The notes under the pieces are model-generated. The model saw nothing but the letters and a program-made list of their open reading frames with translations. It had not been told where the DNA came from and made no database searches. The position numbers were made by a program, and so were the translations under genes. Positions 23,471-24,244 of a stretch of 24,244 nt of DNA are shown here, one piece after another. The stretch's first letter is position 1. Every line of letters starts with the position of its first letter. Source of the DNA: a virus (lineage: Duplodnaviria > Caudoviricetes); IMG/VR virus record IMGVR_UViG_3300008255_000464, positions 1 to 24,244 of that record; one strand, given 5' to 3'.

Positions 23471-23736
23471 AGTTCTAATAACTTACGGCGCTCGTAATAA
23501 CTAGGTTCTGATGCGACCTCTTCATTATACTCCTTCTTTGGCACAGGTTCTTCTACCTTGTCAACAGGATGAGAGACCGGCCGTGGCTCCGGTTCTTTGA
23601 AAGGCCTGACGAAAGCTCTATTGCCTCTCGTCTTGCCACATCGGCCACATTCGGTCTGTGAGTCTGGAAGGATGTATCCGGTCGGGTGTATGCAGTGGTC
23701 GATGCAATCGCAGGTTTTGCAATCGCATATCCACAT
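23467..23736 (-). CDS. Cys-rich hypothetical protein
   Basis: CDCKTCDCIDHCIH...CGRCG; overlaps both neighbours. Confidence 0.55.
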   Translation of the reverse strand: MWICDCKTCDCIDHCIHPTGYILPDSQTECGRCGKTRGNRAFVRPFKEPEPRPVSHPVDKVEEPVPKKEYNEEVASEPSYYERRKLLEL

Positions 23737-24244
23737 CAGACTAGATCTTTAATGATAAATGCTGTGGTAGTACCGAGCTTCTTGGCCACGAAGGTCGCAT
23801 AGTTCAGAGAGTCATTGTTATCACTATCGGGAGCGAAGACTTGGAAGAAGCCGGGCAATACGAAAGGTGTCTCATGAGGAGATTTATACGGAGCATTGAA
23901 GAGCATCATATCAGGAGAGTAGACCTTCGACTTGCCGTTGCAGGCGATCTCCACTTGCCTCATGAGTGCGGCAAAACCGGTGTCGTAATCAGGGAAGACA
24001 GCAAACCCTCTGTTCTCTCCGATAGATCCTAACTGGCCGGCATATTTGAGGTTGCCCGGATTTTTATTTCTCCACGCAAGAGATCCCTTAGGATACCTTG
24101 AGTTCTCACCCGGAGCGTAATATCCCTCCATCTCTTGGATGGCCAAGCAGAACTCTCTTTTAGTTGGTCTGTCGACCGGCTGATTAACTATCTCGGCATT
24201 TAGTTGCTCTGCCTTGATCCGGTTTATTTCAGTCTGGATGCCGA
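23736..24244 (-). CDS. Lysozyme-like (RNxNPGNL family) peptidoglycan hydrolase domain, C-terminal part of a longer gene
   Basis: AIQEMEG, RNKNPGNL, GFAVFPDYDTG, FAPDSDNN...YA..VAKKLG. The frame stays open upstream of 24146 to the window edge. Confidence 0.8.
   Translation of the reverse strand, partial: GIQTEINRIKAEQLNAEIVNQPVDRPTKREFCLAIQEMEGYYAPGENSRYPKGSLAWRNKNPGNLKYAGQLGSIGENRGFAVFPDYDTGFAALMRQVEIACNGKSKVYSPDMMLFNAPYKSPHETPFVLPGFFQVFAPDSDNNDSLNYATFVAKKLGTTTAFIIKDLV

Noticed and set aside
1-24244. Alternative genetic code (stop reassignment)
   Set aside because: Core genes are full length under code 11, and TGA, TAG and TAA all end genes with tight coupling.

Overview
A 24 kb segment of a tailed dsDNA phage or prophage, almost entirely encoded on the minus strand. 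In transcription order (right to left): lysis genes (RNxNPGNL-type lysozyme-like domain, holin-like proteins), one small plus-strand gene, a recombination/replication block (ERF SSAP, PD-(D/E)XK nuclease, RNase HI, NinG-like, NinB-like, replication initiator), an accessory block, terminases, portal, scaffold, N4-gp56-type major capsid protein, head accessory proteins and the start of a probable head-tail adaptor. It carries host-like KhpA, peptide deformylase, IF-1 and a 3D-domain protein. Mostly SD-less starts and the style of IF-1/KhpA/3D suggest a CPR (Patescibacteria)-type host; this is inference. The most striking content is non-coding. (i) Eight minus-strand sigma70-like -10 elements each have a DnaA-type box (TTATCCACA, 0-1 mismatch) either 31-32 or 41-43 nt upstream, one helical turn apart. 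(ii) A palindromic operator GCGA-GCCGT-TCGC lies between or over the -35 and -10 of five of them. (iii) Structured RNAs follow several of these promoters: two ~130-140 nt pseudoknot/switch-like leaders and a CI/C4-like cloverleaf before the initiator. (iv) A small cassette ends in a 15-nt perfect complement of the canonical 16S rRNA 3' end. All calls come from manual reading; no database searches or folding programs were run.
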